Sequence record: PP627280.1
Source: Escherichia phage SHIN8
Reading direction: 5' to 3' (one strand)
Length of the DNA: 58,460 nt
This document shows, in pieces, positions 10,060-19,801 of the stretch. Every line of letters starts with the position of its first letter. The stretch's first letter is position 1. Below the pieces are notes generated by a model. That model was not told the origin of the DNA. It worked only from the letters and a program-made list of their open reading frames with translations, and ran no database searches. A program made the position numbers and the translations under genes.

Positions 10060-10457
10060 AAGCGCGCAGACAGTTAATTGATAAGAAGATCCTCCAATGG
10101 GAACTAAATAGCAAAGTCCCCGGCGGGGGATCTTCTTTATTATCGCAACTGCAAAAGGTTGAGGAACAGTCTGGTAAGACGCCACCTAAGCTTAAAGAAT
10201 ATCGGGAAAAGGAAATACCGGTTTGCTTTGAATACCTGTCTACTTTATTTGATGACATTTACACTGGAGGGGATTTTAGTTATACAGAATTGCACAGCTA
10301 TCAGGTAACAATGGGCTTACATCTTCAACCGTACGAATGCGAAATACTGCGACAGCTATGGCTTGAAAAGCGCGTGTCTGAAGCTGAACAAAATGCTAAA
10401 CTCATGGAAAGTCAAATGCAAAATCAGAATAAAGGTAGAAGGAAAAGGAGAAGGTAA
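9652..10457 (+). CDS. tail assembly chaperone -1 frameshift fusion (gpGT-like)
   Basis: -1 frame is open for 133 codons from slippery heptamer 10050-10056 to TAA at 10455-10457, which overlaps the tape measure ATG. Confidence 0.5.
10050..10056 (+). other. putative -1 programmed frameshift slippery heptamer T_TTT_TTC
   Basis: canonical X_XXY_YYZ in the zero frame of the chaperone gene; nested inverted repeats 10083-10137 downstream. Confidence 0.5.
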
Positions 10458-13400
10458 TGGCCGAAACTGCTTCGCTAGTAATCAGGGTTGACGCGAAAGG
10501 GATTAGCACAGCGGACTCCATGCTGCGTAACCTTGCGCGTACAGGTGACACAGCGGAGCGTTCCGCTCAACGTGTCACATCCAGCTATAAAACATTGTCT
10601 AACACATCTAACGAACTTGCAACTGTCACAAGTCGTTTGGATGCTGCAATTGTAGGAATGATTAGCGTTGACACTATTAGCCGTGTTATTTCGCTGTCTG
10701 ACTCCTGGACCATCCTTACCAACAAACTTGAACTGGCTCGTACGGGTAATGAAACCGTTGCGGATGCGCAACAACGTGTATTTGATATTGCCCAGCGTTC
10801 GCGTACAAGCTTGGAAGCGACTGCAACTCTGTACTCCCGTCTCCAGCGTGCGATGAAGAATACTGGTATGACGGGTATGGAGCTTGGACGTATCACGGAA
10901 ACAATCAACAAAGCAATGATCGTTTCTGGTGCAACGTCCCATGAAGCAAGTGCTGCCCTTATTCAGTTTTCGCAAGCAATGGCGTCCGGTGTTCTGCGTG
11001 GGGACGAATTCCGATCCGTTGCAGAACAAGCGCCCCGCTTAACTCAAATCATGTCCGATGCATTAGGTGTTACCATTGGACAATTGCGCGAAATGGCCTA
11101 CAGCGGCAAGTTAACCGCCGATGTGGTTATCAAATCGTTGTCTGGTGCTGCGGATACAATTGATAAAGAATTTAGCCGCACTATGCCAACTTTCAACCAA
11201 CAATGGACGATTGCAACAAACAACCTGACTAAATTTATGGGTGAATCCCAAAAGACTCAAGGTGCGGTCGCTGCATTGGGTCAGACGTTTGTTGCATTAT
11301 CTGAAAACTTAGGAACGGTTGTAACGGTTGGTTCAGCTTTAGCCACAGTGATTACCGCCCGTATCATTACGGCAATGCTTGCTAAGACTAAAGCGTCTAT
11401 AGCTGCTGCAAAAGCATCACAAATGGAAGCTGCACAAACTGCGGCAACTACGGCGGTGATGCAAAGCTCTATTGGCGTTACCGCACAGAAAGCGGCTGCG
11501 GATCGTGCTGCTTCGCTTGCCGCGTTACAGGTTGCTCGCGGGTCATTAGCGGTTGCTAAGGGTACGGCAGCGGAAGCGGGCGCACGTCTTGCCCTTATTA
11601 ACGCTACCCGTGCGCATTCTGCGGCAATTATGGCGGACGTACAAGCGCGGCAAGCGCTCAATGCTGCTCTTAATGCAACTGTACCAGCCGCAAGCCGGGC
11701 GGCTACAGCAATGAGCGTGCTGCGCGGTGCTATGGGGTTAATTGGTGGTCCTGTTGGTGTAGCAATGCTGGCAGCGGGTGCAATTTACTCCTATAAAGCG
11801 TCGCTGGAAGCAGGTCGTGCGGAAAACAATCAGTTTGCGGATAGTGTTGACAGTGTACGCGATAAATTGATGCAAATGACGGAAGCTCAGCTGGCAGCTA
11901 ACGCGGTCAAAGCTAGAGCAATCCTTCCGGAACTTGAAGAGCAACTGAAGCGGGAGCAGAACGCTCTAAAATCTGCAACAGAAACACAGAAGTTCTATGA
12001 AGCACAATTAAAACGCCGTGCCGCGTCCGGTCGTGATACAGCTAGTGCTGAGAAGAACTTACAAATTGCAACGGATAACGTCAAGCTTGCTGCCGAGCGT
12101 GCTGAAGAAGCTCAACGCCGTTACAACAATGTGCTTGAAATGACAAGTCCCGCTATAGAGAAAATAATCCCTCTAGCGCGTCAGCTTGCTGCGGATATGA
12201 AGGCAGTTCTTAACATCAAATCCGGTCCGTTGATTGACGAAAAAGTATTGGACCGCTTTAAAGGTCAACTAGGGGACGTTAACCGTGAGATTGATGTTAA
12301 CACGGTTAAGGGTGCTGGTAATGCTCGCCAAGCTGCAATCCTTAGTGGACTGTATCAGACGCTGGGCAAGGATGCGGATACATACGGAAGTCTTATTCGC
12401 AAAGTAGCTATGGGCCAGGACGTTAGCTCAGAGGCAACAAGCGAATCCGCTAAAGAGCTTGTTAAATATGCTCAAGATTTAGCGCAAGCTCTTGGCAAAA
12501 ACTACGATCTTGAAGAAGCAGAGAGAAACCGGACTAAAGCTACAAAAGACGGTATTAAAGCAGAACAACAGAACGCCAAAGTTATTGACGATTTACGCAA
12601 CAAGCTTAACGAAGTAACCACAGGAGTTAAGGAAAACGCCAAAGCAAAAGCTCAAGCTGTGGCTTTAAACAAGCTCAATACGTCTGCAACTGCCGCGGAA
12701 AAAGCAGAAGTTGTTAGTCTTGCTGCTGCAATTTACGATGCAGAAGAAGCTCAAAAGAAACTGGACGAGCGTAAGAAGAATCGTAAGTTTGCTCAGGGTC
12801 TGTTAGATGAAGGTATGACAGACTATGAAAAAATCGCGTATGAGCAAAATACTAAGATTGCAGATCTTAATGCAAAACAACGGGCGGATGATCTAGCTTA
12901 CTATCAGCTTTACGAAGACGCTAAGACGCAAGTCCTGAAGAAAGCAAGCATGGAAAGGGAAAACCTGGATAAAGTTCTTATGAACCGAATGATATCCTTT
13001 TCTCAGGAATCCTTAGGCATTATAATGGATGGACTGTCACAGGCTGTAAGCCAGCAGAACTTCTTTTATAAAGCTATGTTTGCAGCACAGAAAGCAATGC
13101 AAATCCCGTCAATCCTTGCCAACACGGAAACCGCGGCTTCTGCGGCGCTTGCATGGGGTACACAGCAAGGCGGTGCCACGATGGGTGCAACAATGGCAGC
13201 TATAGTGAAAACTATGGGTTATGCGTCCGCTGCTACTGTGGGTGGCTTAGCGATTGCTGGTATGGCTCACGACGGTATTGATAACGTTCCGCGTGAAGGT
13301 ACATGGTTGCTGGATAAGGGTGAACGTGTACTTAATGCTCCGTCTAATGACAAGTTAAATCGCTTCCTGGATAGCCAAGCTTCACAACAAGGTGGCGTGA

Positions 13401-13573
13401 ATATGTCCGGTGGTGTTAGCATTGTTCAGTATATCACGGTGCAAGGAAATGGCGATGCAGCACTCACACAAGCCATGCAAAAAGCGGCCCGTGATGGTGC
13501 TGAGCAGGGATATAATAAAGTTCTTAATGACTTTGCATCCCGAGGAACAATTCGTAGAACTGCAATGGGGTAA
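10457..13573 (+). CDS. tape measure protein
   Basis: 1038 aa, Ala-rich, helical, follows chaperone pair. Confidence 0.85.
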   Translation: MAETASLVIRVDAKGISTADSMLRNLARTGDTAERSAQRVTSSYKTLSNTSNELATVTSRLDAAIVGMISVDTISRVISLSDSWTILTNKLELARTGNETVADAQQRVFDIAQRSRTSLEATATLYSRLQRAMKNTGMTGMELGRITETINKAMIVSGATSHEASAALIQFSQAMASGVLRGDEFRSVAEQAPRLTQIMSDALGVTIGQLREMAYSGKLTADVVIKSLSGAADTIDKEFSRTMPTFNQQWTIATNNLTKFMGESQKTQGAVAALGQTFVALSENLGTVVTVGSALATVITARIITAMLAKTKASIAAAKASQMEAAQTAATTAVMQSSIGVTAQKAAADRAASLAALQVARGSLAVAKGTAAEAGARLALINATRAHSAAIMADVQARQALNAALNATVPAASRAATAMSVLRGAMGLIGGPVGVAMLAAGAIYSYKASLEAGRAENNQFADSVDSVRDKLMQMTEAQLAANAVKARAILPELEEQLKREQNALKSATETQKFYEAQLKRRAASGRDTASAEKNLQIATDNVKLAAERAEEAQRRYNNVLEMTSPAIEKIIPLARQLAADMKAVLNIKSGPLIDEKVLDRFKGQLGDVNREIDVNTVKGAGNARQAAILSGLYQTLGKDADTYGSLIRKVAMGQDVSSEATSESAKELVKYAQDLAQALGKNYDLEEAERNRTKATKDGIKAEQQNAKVIDDLRNKLNEVTTGVKENAKAKAQAVALNKLNTSATAAEKAEVVSLAAAIYDAEEAQKKLDERKKNRKFAQGLLDEGMTDYEKIAYEQNTKIADLNAKQRADDLAYYQLYEDAKTQVLKKASMERENLDKVLMNRMISFSQESLGIIMDGLSQAVSQQNFFYKAMFAAQKAMQIPSILANTETAASAALAWGTQQGGATMGATMAAIVKTMGYASAATVGGLAIAGMAHDGIDNVPREGTWLLDKGERVLNAPSNDKLNRFLDSQASQQGGVNMSGGVSIVQYITVQGNGDAALTQAMQKAARDGAEQGYNKVLNDFASRGTIRRTAMG

Positions 13574-13576
13574 TAT

Positions 13577-14161
13577 ATGCTCACTTGGCCCGAAGAAATT
13601 AGACCGTCTGAGATGGAATGGTATCTAGTTTCAAACTCTGTAGAATTTACAAGCCCCTTCAATGGGGCTTCCCAAACTGTGTCCTATCCTGGATCACGAT
13701 GGGAAGCAACGTTGACATTTAGTAATTTAAATGACTGGCAATCCAGAAAGCTCGAATCGACATTAGCTAAGCTTGATGGTAAAGCTGGTCGAATCATGCT
13801 TCAAGATTTTGGTCGTTGGGGACGTGCACCAATTGGATCACCTGTGGTTAACGGTGCAAACAATACAGGGACAACTTTATCAACTAAAGGTTGGACGCCT
13901 AATAGAAAGGTTTTATGGGAAGGGGATTACATCGCAGTAAACGATGAATTAAAATTAATAACCGAGGATGCTTGGAGCGATTCTTCTGGTAACGTGATAT
14001 TAAATATCGCCCCGATGCTAAGGACTATTCCACCGAATGGGGCTAAAATCGAAACTCAAAAGCCACAAGGGGCTTTCCGGTTAGCGGAAAATACTAACGG
14101 GGTTAAGCGTCAGCCCGCTTTTAATAATTCATTCACTCTAAAATTCTCGGAGGCGTTCTAA
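13577..14161 (+). CDS. minor tail protein
   Basis: 194 aa directly after tape measure. Confidence 0.5.
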   Translation: MLTWPEEIRPSEMEWYLVSNSVEFTSPFNGASQTVSYPGSRWEATLTFSNLNDWQSRKLESTLAKLDGKAGRIMLQDFGRWGRAPIGSPVVNGANNTGTTLSTKGWTPNRKVLWEGDYIAVNDELKLITEDAWSDSSGNVILNIAPMLRTIPPNGAKIETQKPQGAFRLAENTNGVKRQPAFNNSFTLKFSEAF

Positions 14162-14745
14162 TGCTATTCAGTCCTTTCAGCGATACGCTTCTTGACGCAA
14201 TGGAGCAAACAAATGTTAGCCTGGTTCTTGCTGCGGAGATTGACTTTCCTTCTGGTGTAACGCGTGTGCATACTGGGACAGGGGTTGTTGTTATTAATGG
14301 TCAGACTTTCCTTGGCGTTGGTACTCTTGGGGACGTTGGGTCAGTGACTGAGGAAAACAGCACTAGCTCCAGCACAATGTCCATGGCGCTTAGCGGTCTG
14401 GACATGAGTCTTGTTGGGGAGACATTAAACGAAGAAGTTATCGGGCGTAATGTTGTTTGCTATATTGCAGTGATGAACGATCAAGGTAACGTCATTGCTG
14501 CTAATATTTTATTTGAAGGTTTTATTACAGACACCGCATTACAAGCAGGTCAACAGAATGCCTTGAGTTATGTTATTTCCAACGTGTTTGAGCGTTGGTC
14601 ACAAGGTTTACCGGATCGCTATACAGATGAAAGTCAACAGCGTTTATATCCAGGCGACCGTTTCTTTAGATACATTGCACAAATGGCTGAACGTTCAATC
14701 TTTTGGGGGAGTAAGAAAGATGCGCCAGGGTTCTCCTATGAGTAA
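14161..14745 (+). CDS. minor tail protein
   Basis: 194 aa, ATGA-type overlap with neighbours. Confidence 0.5.
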   Translation: MLFSPFSDTLLDAMEQTNVSLVLAAEIDFPSGVTRVHTGTGVVVINGQTFLGVGTLGDVGSVTEENSTSSSTMSMALSGLDMSLVGETLNEEVIGRNVVCYIAVMNDQGNVIAANILFEGFITDTALQAGQQNALSYVISNVFERWSQGLPDRYTDESQQRLYPGDRFFRYIAQMAERSIFWGSKKDAPGFSYE

Positions 14746-15154
14746 GTTGCCGGGCTGGCAGACACGTTTATTAACCACAGTAAAGGAGTTGTCATCGACT
14801 CCTTTTTCTTGGGGTGAAAATGATTGCTGCACCTTCGCGGCTAAATGTGTTGATGCGCAATACGGCACAAATATCTACGAACAAGTTGCTGGAAAATATA
14901 GTACCGAGCTTGGAAGTAAAAAGTTCACTATTGAAAGAGTTGGAACCGCTTACCTCCCATTGTTATTGGATACTTACCTCAGCGAACGCGTTGACAAGAA
15001 CTATGCGCAAAGAGGCGATGTGGTTACATTTGAGGGAGCATTGGGCTTAACTGCTGGCATATTATGGACTGGATATGTATGGGCTATGGGTCCGAACGGT
15101 GTGGAAACATTCCCGCTTAATAAGATCAAAATTACGGATATTTGGAGGGTCTAA
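14720..15154 (+). CDS. tail tip assembly protein (gpK-like, putative)
   Basis: ORF-track ORF 14570-15154 trimmed to internal ATG 14720 with GGAG RBS; conserved Cys in SWGENDCCTF. Confidence 0.35.
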   Translation: MRQGSPMSKLPGWQTRLLTTVKELSSTPFSWGENDCCTFAAKCVDAQYGTNIYEQVAGKYSTELGSKKFTIERVGTAYLPLLLDTYLSERVDKNYAQRGDVVTFEGALGLTAGILWTGYVWAMGPNGVETFPLNKIKITDIWRV

Positions 15155-18100
15155 TGCCACCAGCAATAATTGGAGCAGCGATAGCTTTAGGTGCGTCGGC
15201 TGCTGCTGCGGCTAGTATTATTTCGGCTACTACCGCTCTCGTTATCGGTATTGCTGCAACCGCGGCAGGTGCTCTTTTGACTAAGACACCAAATATGAAC
15301 TTTGATGCTTACAAGGGGCAGCAAGAGCGTAAACAGGTTCTGCGTGCGGCTACAGCGTCACGTTCTGTTGTATATGGCACGACCGTAGCGTCCGGACTAT
15401 TAGCATTTGCGGAGGAAGAAGCTGGAGATCAAGATGAAGGTGAATGGATGCATCTTGTTGTTGTTCTTGCTAGTCATAAATTGGAAGGTATTGAAACGAT
15501 TTGGTTGGGTGATGACGGAATTGATTGGTTTGGTGAAAACGCTACTTGGGAGTTTCATAACGACCGTCAGACTGTTGACCCATTCATGTTAAGACATTGT
15601 CCTTCCTGGAAGGAGGATATGATTGGCAAGGGTATTGCATGGCTACGTTTAAGCTTAAAGTTTGATGCTGAAAAATTCCCATCTGGTTTGCCAAACGTCA
15701 AGGTGTTGAAAAAGGGACGTAGAGTCTATGACCCACGTTCCGGTCAAACTGTCTTTAGTGATAACGCAGCTCTTGTAATACTCGATTATTTCCGCACGTA
15801 TTTAAAGCGCAAGGATGAAAACATTAACTGGGACCAATTCAAGGAAGCTGCTAACATCTGCGACGAGTTTGTAACTAATGCAGATAATACCACAGAAAGA
15901 CGCTACCGAATTAATGGTGAGTTTGAAGTGGACGAAGCACCTGCCAAGATTCTCGATGCTATGCTTGAAGCTTGTGGCGGGGAGCTAACCTATATTGGCG
16001 GCAAGCATGGTCTGTTAGTTGGTGCTTATTACGGCCCAGCTACCATGACTTTGGATGAAAGCTGCATTGCTGGGGATATTAAAATAATCCCTGAGACATC
16101 TTATAAAGAGCGTACCAATACCATTACAGGTACATTCGTCGACCCGAAGCAAACATACGCTGAAGCAGATTTTCCTCCAGTTGTGGTTAAGGAATGGGTG
16201 GAAAAAGATGGCGGTGAAATAACGCAAGACATGGATTTCCGCTTTGTTACAAGTGAATATCAAGCTCAACGTCTTGCTAATATTATTTTACGTCGTAAGC
16301 GTGTTGGTCGAACAATTGAAGTGCCGTGTAACATGAAGGGGTATAAATTCCGCCCCGGCATGTATGTCAACGTAACCATTTCAAATATCGGAATGAAAAA
16401 CGTTGAGATGCGCGTTACTAAATGGTCATTCGATCCTAAAGGTGGGATTAATCTTGTTCTTCGTCAAGACTTCCTGGAAATGTGGGACGACGCTATTGGT
16501 AAACCAATGGAGCGCCCGGATCTGGTAGACCTTCCGTCTGGTGCTATTGCTCAACCGCAAAACCTTCAGTATCAGGTATTGCAGATTAGCGATGTTGTGC
16601 AGGGTGTTTTAACGTGGAGCAATATTGGGCAGGTAGCATATAACCGCGTAGCCGTGCGACAGGGAGGTACAACGGTTTGGACCGCCCAAGTCCCTGGCCA
16701 AAATGTTCGCGTTACTGGGTTGCTGCGGGGCGCGTATACAGCGCATGTTCAAGCGGTAGCTTACAGCGGGGCAATATCGCCGGAAGCATATCTGGAATTC
16801 AATATTCAAGCACCACCTCCGCCAACTTCTGTTGAAGTGCAACAGGGTTACTTTGCTATAAGTTTGATCCCAAAATCTGCGGATATTGCAAACGTTAGCA
16901 CGCAGTATGATTTCTGGACTTCCGGTGAAACAAGATTGTCTTCCGTGTCTACAGACATTGTAGAACGCGAAGCAACTCGTAAAGGTATGGGTACAACTTG
17001 GACGTCAGAAGGGTTGAAGAATGACCACACTTATTACTGGTATGTCCGCACCATTAACGCTTTCGGATCATCTGCATTTGTAGAAGTAGCTGCATTGTGC
17101 TTTACAACAGCTACAGATTTGATGCCACAAATTGATTCTGAATTCAAGAAGACGGAGACTTACAAAGAGCTTACTACTGAAATCACAGGTGTTAAAGACG
17201 GTGTTACTCAGCTTAGCCAAACTGTAGTGGAAACTGAACAGCGTTTAAGTCAAAGCGTTAGCAATGTTCAACAAAGCGTTATCACTTTAGATGGTGTTGT
17301 TCAGGATCAGGGCGTTACCATTAATGAACAAGGACAGCTCATCGATGCACAGGGTAAGTTGATTGACACTCAAGGTAAGACTATTGAAACGGTTAGCGCG
17401 ACCGTGCAGGAGACAAGTAAAGCAGTTGTAGATTTGGAAGGTAATGTTAACGCTCAATGGGGTGCTAAAGTACAGGTAGATAGTAAAGGGCAAAAATACG
17501 TTGCTGGTATCCAGTTAGGTATGGAAGGGTCCGGTGGAGCTGTTCAGTCTTACTTCATGGTAAGCGCTAACAACTTTGCTATCTATAACCCGACAAATAG
17601 CGTAGCAGAACTAGCATTTGCTGTTAAGAACGGTCAAGTGTTCATGAAGGCTGCGTTTATTGAAAATGGTACTATTGACAGCGCTAAAATTTCAAATCAA
17701 ATTCAGTCAACAAACTACGCAAGCAATAGCGCGGGTTGGATGATTAACAAGAATGGTAGCGCTCAGTTTAACAACGTAACGATAAGAGGTACTGTATACG
17801 CTAGCAACGGATCTTTCACAGGCACAGTGAACGCAACAAGCGGTAAATTCAAGGGTACTGTGGAAGCTACCAGTTTTGTGGGTGATGTTGCGAATATGTG
17901 TGTCATTGCTGAGTCTGCAATACCAAACACACAAACTACAAGTTCAAGAACCTGGACAAAAACTTTCAAAGACTCATCCGGTTCAACATTATCTAAAGAC
18001 TTTGTGTTGCTATTAAGTTATAGTTTAACTGCATATACATCAAATCGGGCAAGTCGTATAATTGTGACTGCTAACATAGGGGAGACATCAATTACAAGGA

Positions 18101-18387
18101 GGATTGAGCGAGCTGCTAATGGTCCTGCCATGGATGTAACCATACCTTTAGCAGTGAAAGGAAGTCGTATAATTGTGACTGCTAACATAGGGGAGACATC
18201 AATTACAAGGAGGATTGAGCGAGCTGCTAATGGTCCTGCCATGGATGTAACCATACCTTTAGCAGTGAAAGGAAAGACAGCGTCGAGCGTAACAATAAGC
18301 GTTAAGGAGGAGTATACGAACGTCTATGGGAGCTACTTGCGCCCGTCTGTAATATTAATGACTCGCGGAACTGGTAGTTGGTCGTAA
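15142..18387 (+). CDS. central tail fibre / host specificity protein (lambda J-like)
   Basis: 1081 aa; hydrophobic N-terminus then J-like core; C-terminal region carries a tandem 37-aa duplication. Confidence 0.75.
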   Translation: MEGLMPPAIIGAAIALGASAAAAASIISATTALVIGIAATAAGALLTKTPNMNFDAYKGQQERKQVLRAATASRSVVYGTTVASGLLAFAEEEAGDQDEGEWMHLVVVLASHKLEGIETIWLGDDGIDWFGENATWEFHNDRQTVDPFMLRHCPSWKEDMIGKGIAWLRLSLKFDAEKFPSGLPNVKVLKKGRRVYDPRSGQTVFSDNAALVILDYFRTYLKRKDENINWDQFKEAANICDEFVTNADNTTERRYRINGEFEVDEAPAKILDAMLEACGGELTYIGGKHGLLVGAYYGPATMTLDESCIAGDIKIIPETSYKERTNTITGTFVDPKQTYAEADFPPVVVKEWVEKDGGEITQDMDFRFVTSEYQAQRLANIILRRKRVGRTIEVPCNMKGYKFRPGMYVNVTISNIGMKNVEMRVTKWSFDPKGGINLVLRQDFLEMWDDAIGKPMERPDLVDLPSGAIAQPQNLQYQVLQISDVVQGVLTWSNIGQVAYNRVAVRQGGTTVWTAQVPGQNVRVTGLLRGAYTAHVQAVAYSGAISPEAYLEFNIQAPPPPTSVEVQQGYFAISLIPKSADIANVSTQYDFWTSGETRLSSVSTDIVEREATRKGMGTTWTSEGLKNDHTYYWYVRTINAFGSSAFVEVAALCFTTATDLMPQIDSEFKKTETYKELTTEITGVKDGVTQLSQTVVETEQRLSQSVSNVQQSVITLDGVVQDQGVTINEQGQLIDAQGKLIDTQGKTIETVSATVQETSKAVVDLEGNVNAQWGAKVQVDSKGQKYVAGIQLGMEGSGGAVQSYFMVSANNFAIYNPTNSVAELAFAVKNGQVFMKAAFIENGTIDSAKISNQIQSTNYASNSAGWMINKNGSAQFNNVTIRGTVYASNGSFTGTVNATSGKFKGTVEATSFVGDVANMCVIAESAIPNTQTTSSRTWTKTFKDSSGSTLSKDFVLLLSYSLTAYTSNRASRIIVTANIGETSITRRIERAANGPAMDVTIPLAVKGSRIIVTANIGETSITRRIERAANGPAMDVTIPLAVKGKTASSVTISVKEEYTNVYGSYLRPSVILMTRGTGSWS
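18051..18272 (+). repeat. perfect tandem duplication, 2 x 111 bp, in-frame within tail fibre gene
   Basis: 18051-18161 and 18162-18272 identical base for base; encodes the same 37 aa twice. Confidence 0.9.
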
Positions 18388-18394
18388 TAAATAA

Positions 18395-18424
18395 TTAACC
18401 CCTCATTTGAGGGGTTAATTTTCA
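18395..18424. terminator. bidirectional intrinsic terminator
   Basis: TTAACCCCTCA-tt-TGAGGGGTTAA perfect stem followed by TTTT; sits between convergent fibre and lipoprotein genes. Confidence 0.55.
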
Positions 18425-18655
18425 ATAATCAATCACACAGTTTGAAGGTGAGCCAATTCGTCGGTATTCGTGATCAATTTCATGACACCATTGCCCAGTC
18501 ATTGGAAGCTTTTCGGTATCATAAATTAAAGAACCGTTACCATCGCGATCCAAAGGTTTTGGAACGACGCCGGAATTAGGTTTACCAGTATTTAAACCAT
18601 TACCACATGCAGTAAGGGACAAACATAATGCCAGCATAATTAGAGCGTGTTTCAT
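18422..18655 (-). CDS. small lipoprotein, candidate superinfection-exclusion protein (Llp/Cor-like by position)
   Basis: 77 aa; signal peptide with lipobox LTAC; convergent with tail fibre gene. Confidence 0.55.
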   Translation of the reverse strand: MKHALIMLALCLSLTACGNGLNTGKPNSGVVPKPLDRDGNGSLIYDTEKLPMTGQWCHEIDHEYRRIGSPSNCVIDY

Positions 18656-18737
18656 CGGGACTCCTTTGTGTTGTTGTCAAGGTTCAATTTTAATATACTT
18701 GTTGTGTTGAGTAAGTCAAATAAAAGTGGGAGATATT

Positions 18738-19346
18738 ATGGCAACTCGTTTACGTGGTACTTTAGTTGATGGTTTGAACAAGCCTATTATCAACGCTACA
18801 GTTGCGCTTTTAGCTAAAGGAAACAGTCTTACCGTATTATCCGGCAGCGAAGCTATCTTTAAAACAAGTGCAACCGGAACATATGACATCACCGTCCAAA
18901 CAGGTTATTACAAGGTTATTATCGGTCTGCAGGGCGTAGAGCCATATAAAGCTGGTGAAATTGCTATTTACGCGGATAGTAAAGAAGGTACGCTGAATAA
19001 CTATTTAACTTCCTGGGCACCAGAAGAGTTAACTCCGGAAGTTATTGCTCAGGTAAAAGATTTGGTTGCACAAGCAGAGACAGCTAAGAATGCTTCAGCT
19101 TCGTCTGCTACTAAATCCGAGCAAGAACGCGTTAAAGCAGAAGCTACTCGTGCTCTCCTGCGCGATCAGCACGCACAAGCGCAAGCTGTTCTGATCTGTG
19201 ACCTGAAGTCCCAGTTGCAGGAAGCTCGCTTTGCAAACTCTCAGTTGGCGCAGACGGCTGGCCTTACCTGTAAAATCAATCAGGTTGAGCAGTTAGTTAA
19301 CTTTAAGCTGCCAACTCCTCCAACTCCTCCGACTGGCTGCTGCTAA
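18738..19346 (+). CDS. protein with carboxypeptidase-regulatory-like beta-sandwich N-domain (possible fibre/structural)
   Basis: start moved to ATG 18738 with GGGAG RBS (track start 18726 is GTG); N-domain G-x-V-x-D...ATGTYDITVQTGYYKV; coiled-coil middle; C-terminal PTPPTPPTGCC. Confidence 0.4.
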   Translation: MATRLRGTLVDGLNKPIINATVALLAKGNSLTVLSGSEAIFKTSATGTYDITVQTGYYKVIIGLQGVEPYKAGEIAIYADSKEGTLNNYLTSWAPEELTPEVIAQVKDLVAQAETAKNASASSATKSEQERVKAEATRALLRDQHAQAQAVLICDLKSQLQEARFANSQLAQTAGLTCKINQVEQLVNFKLPTPPTPPTGCC

Positions 19347-19367
19347 TCGTTGAAGTGTGGTTAAACT

Positions 19368-19403
19368 AAAGCGCCTTTCGCTCCTCCGCTTGGGGCGCTT
19401 TTA
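19368..19403 (+). terminator. putative intrinsic terminator
   Basis: AAAGCGCC...GGCGCTTTT inverted repeat with T-run. Confidence 0.3.
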
Positions 19404-19417
19404 ACAGAGGTACTATC

Positions 19418-19786
19418 ATGAGCCACATTAAAATCGCAACGATGGGAATGCCACGGGTCAAATTGCCTAAGGTTGCTTTACCTCGCATTAGCGTAGGCGA
19501 GCACCACCATGAACATGAGAAAGAGGAATATAAACATGCTCACTCTTATGCTCGAGATCATGAACATATGGCAGCTATGTCAGATGTTCATGACCGGATG
19601 GAAGAACCTCCGCATACGTGGGCGGCGTACCACGACAAGCCCGGCGGTATGATGTCCATTGTTGAAATGGAATACCGCGAATTAATGGAGTGTAAGAAAG
19701 AAGGCGACCGCGCAGGGATCATGAAAGAGTTGACTGATCTTGCCGCAGCTTGTACTTGCGCTCTTCAAAAAATGAAAGATATGTAA
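19418..19786 (+). CDS. His-rich protein, possible MazG-like NTP pyrophosphohydrolase
   Basis: 122 aa; EMEYRELMEC...KELTDLAAA resembles all-alpha NTP-PPase EExxE/D helices; low certainty. Confidence 0.3.
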   Translation: MSHIKIATMGMPRVKLPKVALPRISVGEHHHEHEKEEYKHAHSYARDHEHMAAMSDVHDRMEEPPHTWAAYHDKPGGMMSIVEMEYRELMECKKEGDRAGIMKELTDLAAACTCALQKMKDM

Positions 19787-19801
19787 GAATAGGAAGCCGA
19801 C

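Noticed and set aside
10475-11029. Minus-strand ORFs inside the tape-measure gene (10475-11029, 10585-10911, 11281-11661)
   Set aside because: Fully embedded antisense in a long, well-supported coding region; no RBS or context
14570-14745. Track start of the 14570-15154 ORF, overlapping the preceding tail gene by 176 bp
   Set aside because: Such a long overlap is unlikely; the internal ATG at 14720 with a GGAG RBS is the more plausible start
18018-18254. Minus-strand 78-aa ORF with internal repeat
   Set aside because: Lies antisense within the tail-fibre tandem duplication; its repetition mirrors the DNA repeat
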